64,000 nt of DNA from Clostridia bacterium (GTDB lineage: Bacteria; Bacillota; Clostridia; Oscillospirales; CAG-272). The stretch is taken from positions 19,213 through 83,212 of the forward strand of contig JAFQEJ010000003.1 in assembly GCA_017399105.1 (NCBI GenBank). Direction: 5' to 3'. A program made the position numbers and the translations under genes. How positions within the stretch are numbered: the stretch's first letter is position 1; the number at the start of each line of letters is the position of its first letter. Of the stretch, positions 16,905 through 27,600 are shown in pieces. The notes under the pieces were generated by a model, which was not told where the DNA came from, made no database searches, and saw only the letters and a program-made list of their open reading frames with translations.

Positions 16905-17933
16905 ATGGAAAACAAAATTAAAACCTCCCGCGAAAAGGTAATGGAGGTATTCGAGCACCGCAGCAACGGCGACGGTGTTATGTGGACCGGCAATCCCACA
17001 AACGAGGTGGTCGCCGAAGCTTCCAAGCTCTATGGCATCGAGAATAACGCAGAAGCGCTCTATCGCTTCCTTGACGATGACTGCCGCTGGATCCCCGCCG
17101 ATTCGGGTTATCGCCATCCCGAGGGACGCCCTGCCATCGATACTGCCTACAATACCAAACGCGATACCCTTTCTGCTGAGGGTTGCTTCGCCGACGCGAC
17201 GCTTGCCGATATTGAAGCCTATCCCTGGCCGGATGTGAAATACTGCGACTTCACCGACGTTTACAAGCAGATCGACCAGTTCCAGGATAAAGCGGTCTTC
17301 ACCGGTATGTGGGGATGCTTCTTCCATCTGGTCGCCGACTTCTTCGGCATGGAAAATTATTTTATCAAGATGTACGAGGAGCCCGAGCTTGTCGAAGCCG
17401 TCACTGAGCATGTGGTCGACTACTACGTGGAAGCAAACGATAAATTCCTCGCCGGCCTCGGAGACCGTGCCGATTATGTCTTCTTCGGCAACGACTTCGG
17501 TACTCAGCTCGATCTGATCATCTCACCCGAGCTCTTCCGCAAATTTGTGCTTCCCTCCTTCAAGCGCTTCATTGATGTGGGAAAAAAGTATAACAAGAAG
17601 ATCCTTCTCCACTCCTGCGGCTCGATCTGGCGCATCATCCCCGATCTCATCGATGCAGGCGTCGATGCCATCCATCCCATCCAGGCACAGGCAGTCGGCA
17701 TGAGCGCAGCCGAGCTGGCACAGTATAAAAACGATCTCGCCTTCGTCGGCGGTATCGATGCCCAGTCCTTCTTCGTCAACGCTACCCCCGAGGAGATGGA
17801 AGCCGAGGTCATGCGCGTAAGAGACATCCTCGCCCCCAGCATCGTCATCTCCCCCAGCCATGAGCGCATCCTCCCCAATGTACCCGCCGCCAATGTGGTC
17901 GCCATGGCGAGGGCTGCTAAAAAAGAGAGATAA
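16905..17933 (+). CDS. uroporphyrinogen decarboxylase (URO-D) family protein
   Basis: ..FFGNDFGTQ..L.ISPE.FR.F..P..KR.....K.....LHSCGSI..IIPDLID.GVD..HPIQ.. is typical of URO-D-like proteins in Clostridia. Confidence 0.7.
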   Translation: MENKIKTSREKVMEVFEHRSNGDGVMWTGNPTNEVVAEASKLYGIENNAEALYRFLDDDCRWIPADSGYRHPEGRPAIDTAYNTKRDTLSAEGCFADATLADIEAYPWPDVKYCDFTDVYKQIDQFQDKAVFTGMWGCFFHLVADFFGMENYFIKMYEEPELVEAVTEHVVDYYVEANDKFLAGLGDRADYVFFGNDFGTQLDLIISPELFRKFVLPSFKRFIDVGKKYNKKILLHSCGSIWRIIPDLIDAGVDAIHPIQAQAVGMSAAELAQYKNDLAFVGGIDAQSFFVNATPEEMEAEVMRVRDILAPSIVISPSHERILPNVPAANVVAMARAAKKER

Positions 17934-18039
17934 ACGAAAATCAGCACTTGTGAAAGGCGGGATGCTTCCTATCCCGCCTCTCATTTTTTCTATACAGATA
18001 ATAAAGAACAGATAATAAAGAAAATTTCGTCAATACCCC

Positions 18040-18068
18040 TTGACAAATGCGAAGGTTTGTGATATGAT
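18040..18068 (+). promoter_or_regulatory. sigma-A promoter of the tRNA operon
   Basis: TTGACA at 18040-18045, a 17-bp spacer, then TGaTATGAT (an extended -10) ending at 18068. Confidence 0.7.
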
Positions 18069-18094
18069 ATTAAAGCGATGTTTTGAGAGCATCT

Positions 18095-18168
<74 letters not shown>

Positions 18169-18208
18169 ACCTTTTTTAAGGCCCCCCCTCAAAGCATCAA
18201 AAAAGCCT

Positions 18209-18285
18209 GTACCCATAGCTCAGCCGGATAGAGCAACTGCCTTCTAAGCAGTAGGTCGGAGGTTCGAATCCCCCTGGGTACGCCA
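18209..18285 (+). tRNA. tRNA-Arg (anticodon TCT)
   Basis: Acceptor GTACCCA/TGGGTAC, anticodon stem ACTGC/GCAGT with loop CTTCTAA, T-loop TTCGAAT, CCA encoded. There is one A-C mismatch in the T stem. Confidence 0.85.
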
Positions 18286-18288
18286 TAT

Positions 18289-18366
18289 GGTGGTTGTAGC
18301 TCAGTTGGTTAGAGCGCCAGGTTGTGGCCCTGGAGGTCGAGGGTTCGACTCCCTTCAATCACCCCA
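18289..18366 (+). tRNA. tRNA-His (anticodon GTG) with encoded G-1
   Basis: Extra 5' G, acceptor GTGGTTG/CAATCAC, anticodon loop TTGTGGC, T-loop TTCGACT, CCA encoded. Confidence 0.9.
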
Positions 18367-18373
18367 TACGAAA

Positions 18374-18397
18374 AGCATCCTATGGGTGCTTTTTTTT
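18374..18397 (+). terminator. rho-independent terminator of the tRNA operon
   Basis: AGCATCC-TAT-GGGTGCT hairpin followed by TTTTTTT. Confidence 0.8.
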
Positions 18398-18580
18398 CGT
18401 AAATGAAGCGCACCTACGGAGGATATCATATAAGGAATGACAAGCTGTCAGTTCAATTCCTCGATTTCGCCGTTTCGATCATCAGCCTCGTTAAAACCGA
18501 AGCCGGATGCCGCCTGTACTCCTCTTCTGTGATGCCGATTTCCTCCTTTAACACCGCAAAAGCAAATGAACAGACACTTT

Positions 18581-18603
18581 GGAGCCCAATAGGCTCCTTT
18601 TTT
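18581..18603 (+). terminator. second rho-independent terminator with no annotated gene upstream
   Basis: GGAGCC-CAATA-GGCTCC hairpin followed by TTTTTT. Confidence 0.65.
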
Positions 18604-18679
18604 CGTCCACTGTCATTTCCCTATTGCACAACCGTAAAATTTATGATAAAATATCCATATAACCACGCAAACGGGAGGT

Positions 18680-19636
18680 ATGCATATGACCCATCACCTG
18701 CAGGCACCCTCGCCGCTGAAGAAGCGAGTAACAGCAGTGCTGGCGGCGATGCTGATCGAAGCGGCGCTCTTCTGGCTGTCTGCTCCGGCAGCCGATTTCG
18801 GTGCAGGAATGATCTGTATTCTCTTCGGTCTGCCCTTCGACGGGGAGGCCTATCGGCTGATCTTTGATCTGCTTTACATGCCCCTCTATGCCGTCACATT
18901 CCTGCTCCCCGCATCCTTTTTAATCATGCTCCTTCGCGGACGCTTCGGCGAATACCTGCGTTTCAAGCCCCGCTTCGAGGTCAATCCCGCCCTTGCCACT
19001 GCAGTGACGCTGGGCGTGGTGACGGCGGTGAGCTACCTTTCCAATCTCTATATTTCCCTGCTTGACGTCCTCGGCATCGGACTCTACTACAGCGAATCCC
19101 CCTTCCCCGAAAGCACTGCGGCAATTATCGTCTATTTTCTCTCCTCGGTGGTGGTCCCCGCCTTTGTGGAGGAGATCACCTATCGCGGCGCGGTGCTTCA
19201 TGCACTGCTGCCCTTCGGACGGTGGTTTGCCATCATTGCCTCGGGCATCCTCTTCGGCGTGATGCATTATAATCCCTCCCAGATTCTCTATGCCGCGGCG
19301 GCGGGAATGGCGCTTGCCTATTTCGTGCTGGAGGCGAAATCGCTCTGGATGGGAATTGCCATCCATGCGCTGAATAATGCCCTTTCCTTCTTCGGGCACT
19401 GGCTCTATGACTGCGTGTCGGAGGAAGCCTACTACCGTTTCTATTCGGTCTTTGACGCTGTGATCGTAACACTTGCACTGGCAGGCATCCTGATCATCCT
19501 GCACCGTCGGACGGTACTGCGCCGCTATGAGGAACGCCCCGCCGCATCCCTTCGCGAGATGGCAGGAGCCTTCATCTCCCCAGTCGGCGCGGCATATGCC
19601 ATGGCGGCTCTCCTGCTGACGGCACGGTGGTGCTAA
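18680..19636 (+). CDS. CPBP-family intramembrane glutamic endopeptidase (CAAX protease/Abi family)
   Basis: Motifs EEITYRG, FGVMH and HALNN in a multi-TM protein. The start is 18680 or 18686 (MHM..). Confidence 0.85.
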   Translation: MHMTHHLQAPSPLKKRVTAVLAAMLIEAALFWLSAPAADFGAGMICILFGLPFDGEAYRLIFDLLYMPLYAVTFLLPASFLIMLLRGRFGEYLRFKPRFEVNPALATAVTLGVVTAVSYLSNLYISLLDVLGIGLYYSESPFPESTAAIIVYFLSSVVVPAFVEEITYRGAVLHALLPFGRWFAIIASGILFGVMHYNPSQILYAAAAGMALAYFVLEAKSLWMGIAIHALNNALSFFGHWLYDCVSEEAYYRFYSVFDAVIVTLALAGILIILHRRTVLRRYEERPAASLREMAGAFISPVGAAYAMAALLLTARWC

Positions 19637-19742
19637 TTATATTGAAGAAAACAGCAGTTTGTGTTATTTTACTATTCGAATTTGTGTTCCCGATCAAAAA
19701 AGCATTTGACAAGCAAGAATTTGATGAAGGGTAGTATATTTC

Positions 19743-19919
19743 ATGAAAAAGATACTGTTTGGAATTGCATTAATTTTTATGAGTATGGCATTTGTTTTGG
19801 TGGGAGAATTTAAGAATTTCCTTATTATAAGTGAGACTTTTGATGCAGTGGTGTGTGCCATACTTCCTGTACTCGGATTTATAATGAGTGTTTGGGGACT
19901 TTTTGAAAAGGATAAATAA
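19743..19919 (+). CDS. 58-aa two-TM peptide in an AT-rich islet (below the ORF-track cut-off)
   Basis: MKKILFGIALIFMSMAFVLVGEFKNFLIISETFDAVVCAILPVLGFIMSVWGLFEKDK, translated by hand. Hydrophobic pattern only. Confidence 0.35.
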   Translation: MKKILFGIALIFMSMAFVLVGEFKNFLIISETFDAVVCAILPVLGFIMSVWGLFEKDK

Positions 19920-20074
19920 AATTAATTGAGCCTTCCGTTTTAATTGCAGCTTACAGAAACATAAAGATCATGGAAGATTCATTCTATGATAAAGGAATTT
20001 TCTCCAAATCAATGGAAATTTTCCGCATCCTGTGATACAATATACTAAAAACAACCCCGAAAGGAGCTATCACA

Positions 20075-21022
20075 ATGGAAAACAATTACAGCAAATATTA
20101 CGCATCCTATCCCACCCCCGCAGAGGTTGACGCATGGATTGAAGAAATTCACGCCGATGCCGAAAAGGCGGATTTCAAGGCAGAGCCCCAGGGCGCTTTC
20201 CTTCCCGCATCCTTCGGTCAGTTCCACAATCCCGGCTGCCTCATCAAATTTGAGCGCGACGGTCATGTCTACTACGGCGTATGGCAGGGCAAATATGCCA
20301 CCAACGGCGCACATCCCTCCTCCGCGCCCCTGCTGGTACAGCTCCCGGGCTACGGTGCAGAGCTTTCCTGCCACTATGATGTTGCTTCCCGCGGCTACAA
20401 CCTGCTCCAGCTCTCCCCCCTTGGCTACTGGACACCCGAAGGGTTCAACGAATCACTGAAGAAGGACGGCAACTGGCCTGTGTTTCCCGACACCATCCGC
20501 ACCGATGCAAAGGGCGGCTACCGCGAATGGCTGCTTGATGTGGTCTGCGCCGTCAAATGGGCATGGAAGCAGGCACTGGTCATCCCCGACAGAGTCAGCT
20601 TCTATGGCACCAGCCAGGGCGGCGGCACCTCGCTGCTCATGGGCTCGATTTTCGCCGGAAGAGGTACTGCCTGTGTCTGCGCCGATGAGCCCTTCCTCAC
20701 CGATTATCCCATGGCTGCCTTCCGCGGTGCCTACAGCGTGGCGCAATCGGGATATCTGGATGTGATCAATGCTTCGGGCGACGAGAATAAGGCATGGCAT
20801 GCGCTTGGATTTGCCGACTCCATCTGTCACGCACACCGTATGCAGTATCCGGTTCTCCTCACCGCCGGCGGCAAGGACGATATCTGCCCTCCCGAAACCG
20901 TCGAATCGCTCTACGAAAGACTGCCTCATACCAGATCGATCACCTATCTGCATCAGCATCCCCACGGCTACAACGTGGATTTCATCAAGCTTGCTTGTGC
21001 CTGGTTTGAGCTTTATGCCTGA
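20075..21022 (+). CDS. alpha/beta hydrolase, acetylxylan esterase (AXE1/CE7-like) family
   Basis: Nucleophile elbow YGTSQGGG, C-terminal ..GGKDDICPPETV.. and a His near the end. RBS is gaaaggag. Confidence 0.6.
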   Translation: MENNYSKYYASYPTPAEVDAWIEEIHADAEKADFKAEPQGAFLPASFGQFHNPGCLIKFERDGHVYYGVWQGKYATNGAHPSSAPLLVQLPGYGAELSCHYDVASRGYNLLQLSPLGYWTPEGFNESLKKDGNWPVFPDTIRTDAKGGYREWLLDVVCAVKWAWKQALVIPDRVSFYGTSQGGGTSLLMGSIFAGRGTACVCADEPFLTDYPMAAFRGAYSVAQSGYLDVINASGDENKAWHALGFADSICHAHRMQYPVLLTAGGKDDICPPETVESLYERLPHTRSITYLHQHPHGYNVDFIKLACAWFELYA

Positions 21023-21071
21023 CGCGGCGCGATAGAGGCTCCCTATCAAAGAAACATACAGGAGACACATC

Positions 21072-21986
21072 ATGTCTGCACTCTATGAAGATATCTTCCA
21101 TGAAGCCGGCGGCCGCTATGTTCCGGTGAGCTGTCACACGGCAAAATCGAGCATGGGAGAGCTTTACTACTATGTCGCCCACTGGCATGAGCATATCGAG
21201 ATTATGCTGATCACAAAGGGCAGCTTCATCCTCAATATTGACGGTCACGTCAGTCATGTTACCCCCGGCGATCTGGTGGTCATCAATTCCCGTGACGTCC
21301 ATTCCACCCATGCGGAGGAGATCGGCAGCGAGATGATTGTCCTCAAATTCGACCCCCGCATTCTCTGCCCCGCCGGCGACAATACGGTGGAGTATAAGTA
21401 TGTCTACCCCTTCCTCTTCTCGGATGCCAAGGTTAAAAAGATTTTCCGTGCAGGCACCTTTGACGACAGGGGCATTTCCGAGCGCATGGTCAGCATGGAG
21501 CGCGACTTCAAAGAGAAGCCCTATGCATACGAAATCACGCTGCATATGAACTCGCTCTGGGTCTTTCTCTGGCTGCTGGAGGAGTGGAAGCGCGAAGGCG
21601 GCTTTATCTTCGGCCTCGAGAAATTCGGCGCGGTCAGCCGTTTTACCGAGCTCTTCAACTATGTCACCCGCAACCCGGGCAGCGAGATTACCACCGAGGA
21701 TGCCGCAAAAATCTGCAGCATGAGCTACGGCTACTTCTGCCGCACCTTTAAGGAGGCGTCGGGTATGACCTTCAAGGAATATCTCAACTATACCCGTCTT
21801 ACCCGTGCCCAGCAGCTTCTGCTTACCACCGGCATGAATATCACCGAGTGTGCCCTTGCCGTGGGCTTTGCCGATGTCAACTACTTTATCCGCAAATTTC
21901 GCCAGCGCACCGGCACCTCCCCCAGCCGCTACCGCCGAAGCTTCAAAACCACCGCTCCCGACGAAGATAAGGGCGATGAGTCTTGA
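21072..21986 (+). CDS. AraC-family transcriptional regulator (cupin sensor plus HTH)
   Basis: C-terminal ..ITTEDAAKICSMSYGYFCRTFKEASGMTFKEYLNYTRLTRAQQLL..TECALAVGFADVNYFIRKFRQRTGTSPSRYRR. Confidence 0.9.
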   Translation: MSALYEDIFHEAGGRYVPVSCHTAKSSMGELYYYVAHWHEHIEIMLITKGSFILNIDGHVSHVTPGDLVVINSRDVHSTHAEEIGSEMIVLKFDPRILCPAGDNTVEYKYVYPFLFSDAKVKKIFRAGTFDDRGISERMVSMERDFKEKPYAYEITLHMNSLWVFLWLLEEWKREGGFIFGLEKFGAVSRFTELFNYVTRNPGSEITTEDAAKICSMSYGYFCRTFKEASGMTFKEYLNYTRLTRAQQLLLTTGMNITECALAVGFADVNYFIRKFRQRTGTSPSRYRRSFKTTAPDEDKGDES

Positions 21987-22123
21987 TGTAAGGTCATCCC
22001 GGTGCTACATTGTGTCATTTTTGTGCTGTTTTTTGCGTGGGATTTATGTTATCATGAAAGAGTAATTAAAGTAAACGGTGAGCTGTCTTCAATCCGCACT
22101 CACCGCAATATTAGGAGGAACAA

Positions 22124-23608
22124 ATGAAAAACCGCATCATCGCATCCCTTCTGGCGCTGCTTCTTGCGGCAGGAAGCTTGGTCTCCTGTGCATCCGAGTC
22201 TGCCGATGACGGCAGTGCAGTCACCACCGCAGGTGATACCGCAGCCGTTGAGACTACAGCGGCAGAAGAAACGCAGCTTCGGGATAAGGTGCCCGAGCTG
22301 AACTTTAACGGTGCCGATTTCTCGATTCTCATGCGTACCAACATGAACCACGAATTCAATGCCACAACCGAGAACGGTGAGCCTGTCAACGACGCTGTTT
22401 TCAGACGCAACAACAAGATCGCGCAGCGCTTCAACATCACCTTCAATATGATCGAAGAAGAGGGCACCTGGGCAACGCAGTCCAACTTCCTCGGCAAGAT
22501 CAAAAATAATGTATCGGCGGGAGACGCATCCTACGATCTGATCGCCGGCTACTGCGCTTACATCTCAACGCTTGCTTCCGACGGCTACTACTACAACTGG
22601 CGCGACATCAACTACATCGATTTCACCGCTCCCTGGTGGAATCAGGTTCTGATCAACGAAACCGAGATCAACGGTCAGCTCCACTTCATGAGCGGCGATC
22701 TGGCTATCTCGGGTATCCAGAACGCAATCTGTCTCTTCTATAACAAGAACCTCTGGACCAACTATCAGTTCGAGGATCCCTATGAGCTGGTTCGCAGCGG
22801 CAAGTGGACCATCGACAAAATGCAGTCCTTCACCACTCAGGCATATCAGGATCTGGACGGCGACGGTCAGTACTCCGACGGTGACCAGTACGGCTATGTA
22901 ACCGATACCCACAACCTGGTTGACGCTTATCAGGCAGCTCTCCAGGCTCCCGCTCTCGTCCGCGGTGATGACGGAGTCCCCACTCTTGTCATTCAGGAGG
23001 AAAAATTCCTCTCCGCATACGCAAAGATCTATGATCTGCTCCTCGGTCAGAAGTCCACCTATACCGGCTTTGATCAGGCAGATACCCCCGAGAATCTCTA
23101 CCGTCCTATCTTCGACCAGGGCCGCGCCCTCATCGTTCCCGAATGGCTGGGCAACGCAGAGATTCTCCGCAGCCTCGAGTTTGACTTCGGTATTCTCCCG
23201 CTTCCCAAGTATGACGAGGCACAGGATGGCTACCACACCATCTCTCAGGACAGCTTCTCGCTCTTCTGCGTTCCCTCTGTTGTCAAGGACATCGATATGA
23301 TCGGTGCTGTCACCGAGGCACTTGCCTGCGAGAGCAGAAACTCTGTTATCCCCGCATTTTATGAGGTTGCCCTCAAGAGCAAGTATGCCCGCGACGAAGG
23401 CTCGGAGGAGATGATCGACCTGATCAACAACTCGCTCTACTACGATTTCTCCACCGTTCATATTGTTGCACTCAACAAGCCCACTCACTCCTGGCGTCTC
23501 CAGCTCATCGCCAAGAGTGAAAACCTCGTCTCCTATATCGAGTCGCAGATGAAGCTCTACACCAAGAGCCTTGAAAAGCTCCTCGAATCCTACTCCGACG
23601 CTGAGTAA
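22124..23608 (+). CDS. ABC-transporter extracellular solute-binding lipoprotein, orphan copy 2
   Basis: Lipobox in MKNRIIASLLALLLAAGSLVSC. It is a paralogue of 10840-12321. RBS is aggagg. Confidence 0.8.
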   Translation: MKNRIIASLLALLLAAGSLVSCASESADDGSAVTTAGDTAAVETTAAEETQLRDKVPELNFNGADFSILMRTNMNHEFNATTENGEPVNDAVFRRNNKIAQRFNITFNMIEEEGTWATQSNFLGKIKNNVSAGDASYDLIAGYCAYISTLASDGYYYNWRDINYIDFTAPWWNQVLINETEINGQLHFMSGDLAISGIQNAICLFYNKNLWTNYQFEDPYELVRSGKWTIDKMQSFTTQAYQDLDGDGQYSDGDQYGYVTDTHNLVDAYQAALQAPALVRGDDGVPTLVIQEEKFLSAYAKIYDLLLGQKSTYTGFDQADTPENLYRPIFDQGRALIVPEWLGNAEILRSLEFDFGILPLPKYDEAQDGYHTISQDSFSLFCVPSVVKDIDMIGAVTEALACESRNSVIPAFYEVALKSKYARDEGSEEMIDLINNSLYYDFSTVHIVALNKPTHSWRLQLIAKSENLVSYIESQMKLYTKSLEKLLESYSDAE

Positions 23609-23625
23609 AAATTCAATACAAAAAA

Positions 23626-23652
23626 AGGAAGGTCTTGTGCCTTCCTTTTTTA
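23626..23652 (+). terminator. rho-independent terminator
   Basis: AAGGAAGG-TCTTGTG-CCTTCCTT hairpin followed by TTTT. Confidence 0.8.
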
Positions 23653-23982
23653 CATAAATACCCACCGCTGTCCCCAATAATCCGGTAGGAGATGCCGCCC
23701 TCGGCATCCCGCTCCCTTCAGCTCCGCTATCATAAAACCTCTATCGCCCGCCTCTCCCTTTCCCACCCGCAGAAAAGGTGAGACTGAACCTTTGGTTGAT
23801 TTATAAATGTAAATTTTCCCTGCCGCTTCAGCTCACCGTCATCTCCGCTTCCGCATATCCGATTTTCACAAAAGCGGCGTCCTATTCTGTCCATATTGCA
23901 CAATTTTTTTCATTTGCTATGGTAATCGATAGCAGTTTGTGATATAATAACACCATCAAACATCATAAGGGGGAACTATCCA

Positions 23983-24597
23983 ATGAAACAAAATCTCATC
24001 ATCACCATCGGCCGCGAATATGGCAGCGGCGGCAGAGAGATCGGCGAAAAGGTCGCCTCTGCTCTGAACATTCCCTACTATGACCGCAAGATCATCGACA
24101 TGGCGGCGCAGAAAACCGGATTTCATGCCGATTTTATCGCAAATGAGGAGCACCGCGTCACCGGCAGCTTCCTCTTCAATATCGCCACCGGCGGTTATCT
24201 GCTGGGCGGCATGAATCCTCAGATGGGTCTCTCGCTCACCGATCAGGTCTACCACGCCGAATGCGATGTGATCAAAAAGGTCGCCTCCGAGGGCTCCTGC
24301 GTCATCGTCGGACGCTGTGCAGATTATGTGCTCCGCGAGGATTTCACCTGCTTCAACATCTTCATCCATGCTGCCTTCGACCACCGCTGTGAGCGCATCA
24401 TGGCGGAATACAGCCTATCCCGCGACAAGGCTGCAGAAACTGTCCGCAAAACCGACAAGAACCGCACCCGCCATTATCAGTATTACACCAACCGCGGCTG
24501 GGGTGCGGCAGAGAACTACGACATGACCCTCGATTCGGGACGGCTTGGCATCGACAGCTGTGTACGCATCATCACCGACGCGGTGAATATGCTGTGA
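23983..24597 (+). CDS. cytidylate kinase-like family protein
   Basis: MKQNLIITIGREYGSGGREIGEKVASALNIPYYDRKII.. is the characteristic N-terminus of this family. Confidence 0.8.
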   Translation: MKQNLIITIGREYGSGGREIGEKVASALNIPYYDRKIIDMAAQKTGFHADFIANEEHRVTGSFLFNIATGGYLLGGMNPQMGLSLTDQVYHAECDVIKKVASEGSCVIVGRCADYVLREDFTCFNIFIHAAFDHRCERIMAEYSLSRDKAAETVRKTDKNRTRHYQYYTNRGWGAAENYDMTLDSGRLGIDSCVRIITDAVNML

Positions 24598-24622
24598 GAC
24601 ACGCGGAAAGGGAAAACTTGAA

Positions 24623-27600
24623 ATGAACTACAGACGATTTATAAAGATGATGAGCACCCTTGTGCTCGGCCTGCTCCTCTGCTGCGCCGGATGCAATTCC
24701 GCCGACAGCGGAAGCGAGGTCACCACCGCCGCTGACACCGCAGCAGACACCACCGCTCCCACAGCGGAAACCACCCCTGCCATCCCCGAAGAGCGCAAGC
24801 TCGGACGTATTCTCATTCTGCACGAGCCGGGCAAGCCTGCCTCCTATGAGGAAGCGCTCTCTTCCAACCTCAGCGCCATCACCGAGGTTGTCATCGCCGA
24901 CTGGGACAGCACCGAGGCAGCCTCCTTCACGGTTGAGGACACCGAGCTGGTCATCCTCACCGGTGCCGACCGCATCGACGGTGGTCTGCTCAACCGCGCC
25001 GCAGCCTACCGTAAGAAGGGCGGCAATGTGACCGTGCTCGGCGGGCCGCTCTGCGAAACCATCCCCTTCAAGCGGGAGGACGGCAGCTATGCGACACTGA
25101 ATGAATTCCTCTCCACATCCGACAGCGTCACCCTCCAGCTTGATCCCTCGGATAAAAAGCAGATTGCTAAAATCACCCGTACCGCCAGCAATCCGGCAGT
25201 CAAGCACAAGAAGACCGGCGGCGACTTCGGCATGGGTCATGCCTCGCTCAAGCTGGAGAACGGCTATTTCGACGGCTGGGATGTCATGATTATTCCCTAC
25301 ACCCCCAAGGCAAACGACAACGCGGTTTGCTTCTACGCCAAGGCTGAGGGAGCTGCCACCTACTATATGGAGCTTGTTCTCGATGACGGCACCCGTTATC
25401 TCGGCCCCGCCCCCGAAACAACCGCCGACTGGAGCTTCTACACCATCAGATATGACGAGTTCGGACTTTATCCCGGCTCGGGTACCACTCCCCTCTCCGC
25501 AGACCGCGTGAAAACCTTCATGATCGGCGGTACAGGTCTCACCGAGGGTCAGGGATACACCATGTACCTGGACACCCTCGCCTCGGCATCCTTCTCGGTT
25601 ACCGATGAGAGCGCAGAGTTTGAGCATCTCACCACCCCCACCGATTTCTATCAGATCACCAACGCAAAAGCTCTGACTGCCTACGCAGGTCAGGCTGTCA
25701 TCGCCGAGGCAGACTACATCATTCCGGAGGAGATTTATTCCACGCTCCGCGCCTCCGAGGGTACTGGCTACCTCAAGGAACGTGATTTCCGTCTGATTCC
25801 CCTGCTCGAAGCCTTCGACGAAAAGGGACTGCACAGCGGCTGGGCGGCATGGATCAACCTCTATGACAAAGGAAGTCTCACCGCCTTTCCTATGGGCGAC
25901 GCCTTCTTCGATGAAAACGGTATTGCGGCTGTTGCGGATGCCGCACGACTGCTGATTAACGGCAGTCACTTCACCGAAGCCGGCACACGCTCCTATGTTT
26001 ATGAGGAAAACACCGAAAAAATCGAAGCAAATGCCGCCTTCTATGCGCCCGAGGGTGCAGTGGTGCGCTACAGCTTCACCTCGGGTGACAAGCTTTTAAA
26101 AAGCGAAGAGATCACCGTCGCCCCCACCGGAAGCAAGGAACGGAACAGCATCTCGCTCAGTCTGGGTGAGGACGGCATTCCAGACCGAATTAAGGTCGAG
26201 CTGCTTGTGGGCGAACGCACAGTCGACGTCATCAGCCACCCTATCCTTGTTATGGGAGAGGATATCTCCTCCGCCGGATTTGTCACCATGGAAGACGGCG
26301 CCTTCCGCAGAAACGGTGAGGCAATCCACATGCACGGCGTCAACTATTTCGGAAGCTACGGCGCTTTCGGCACCCATTTCGCCTGCGATGCCCTCTATGA
26401 TCCTTATCTGGTTCGCTGTGACCTGGAGCGCATCAAAGAGATCGGCTTCAACGCGGTTTCTCTTCAGGTCGGCCCCTGGGATCTTGCCGGTGAGGTTGAG
26501 AGCGGCTATAACAAGAACATGACGCAGGTGGTTGCCATCGCCCGTGAGCTTGGTCTTTATGTGGATATGTATGTTCCCTTTTATGAGAACATCGAACGCT
26601 TCGGCGAGCTTGTCAAGCTGCACCGCTTTGATGAATTTGACAACATCACCGCCTACGATATCATCTGGGAAGGCTCGGTGGGCACCTATGCCTCGCTGGA
26701 TGACGCCGGAAAAGCTGCGCGCAGCAATGAGTGGGTGGACTGGATCAATCTGAACTACGGCAGCATCGGCGCCGCATCGGCAGCCTTCGGCATCACCTGC
26801 CCCGAAACTGCAGACTTTGATGCCCTCCTCTGCAAAGCAAATGCATCCCCCGCAGAAGCTGCCCTTGCCACAGCCTTCCGCCGCTTCATGGATGAAAAGA
26901 TCTCAACCCATCTCCTTGCCGCCACCGAGCGCATCAGAGGCTACGATCCCAATCATCTCATCAGCTTCCGCTGCTGTGACTCGGGTTATCCTTCGGCAGC
27001 ATCGGGCTCCTACAAATACAACGCCTATCTCTATGACTTCTCCTCCTTCTGCGGCGCACTCGATTTCGTCTCCCCCGAGGGCTACGGCTACACACGTTAT
27101 CAGTTCGACGCCACCGCCTATGAGGGTGCCTTCGCTGCCGATTACGCAGAGCTGGTCTGCGGCGACACCACCACCATCTGCAAGGAATTCGGCTGGTCTG
27201 CCTTCAGCGGCTCCAATTATGAACCGAACGAAGCAGGTCTCGCTTATGCAGCCGAAATCTACACCGAGGTCTACGATGCCCTTTACATGGGCGAGGGCGG
27301 AGGAAGCTATATCTGGTGGTACACCGGCGGCTACCGTCCCGGCGAAGGCTCTGACTACGGCGTTGTTAATCCCGACGGCTCGGATCGTCCCGGTACCAAG
27401 GTTGTACGCGAATATGCCGAGCGGATGCTCTCGATTGATCCCCTGACCGAAAAGGAAACCGTCACCTTCACGGTCGACCGCGATCTCTATGCCGACGGTC
27501 TTGCCGGCATCTGGGCTTCCATCAAGGATGAATACATCGCCGCCCTTGATTCAGGGAAGCGCGTCAAGCTTGTATCTGCAGGCAGCGGTATGACTGTCGC

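Noticed and set aside
18403-18867. 154-aa plus-strand ORF after the tRNA operon
   Set aside because: It reads through a strong rho-independent terminator and into the CPBP gene in another frame. It has no RBS and its composition is implausible.
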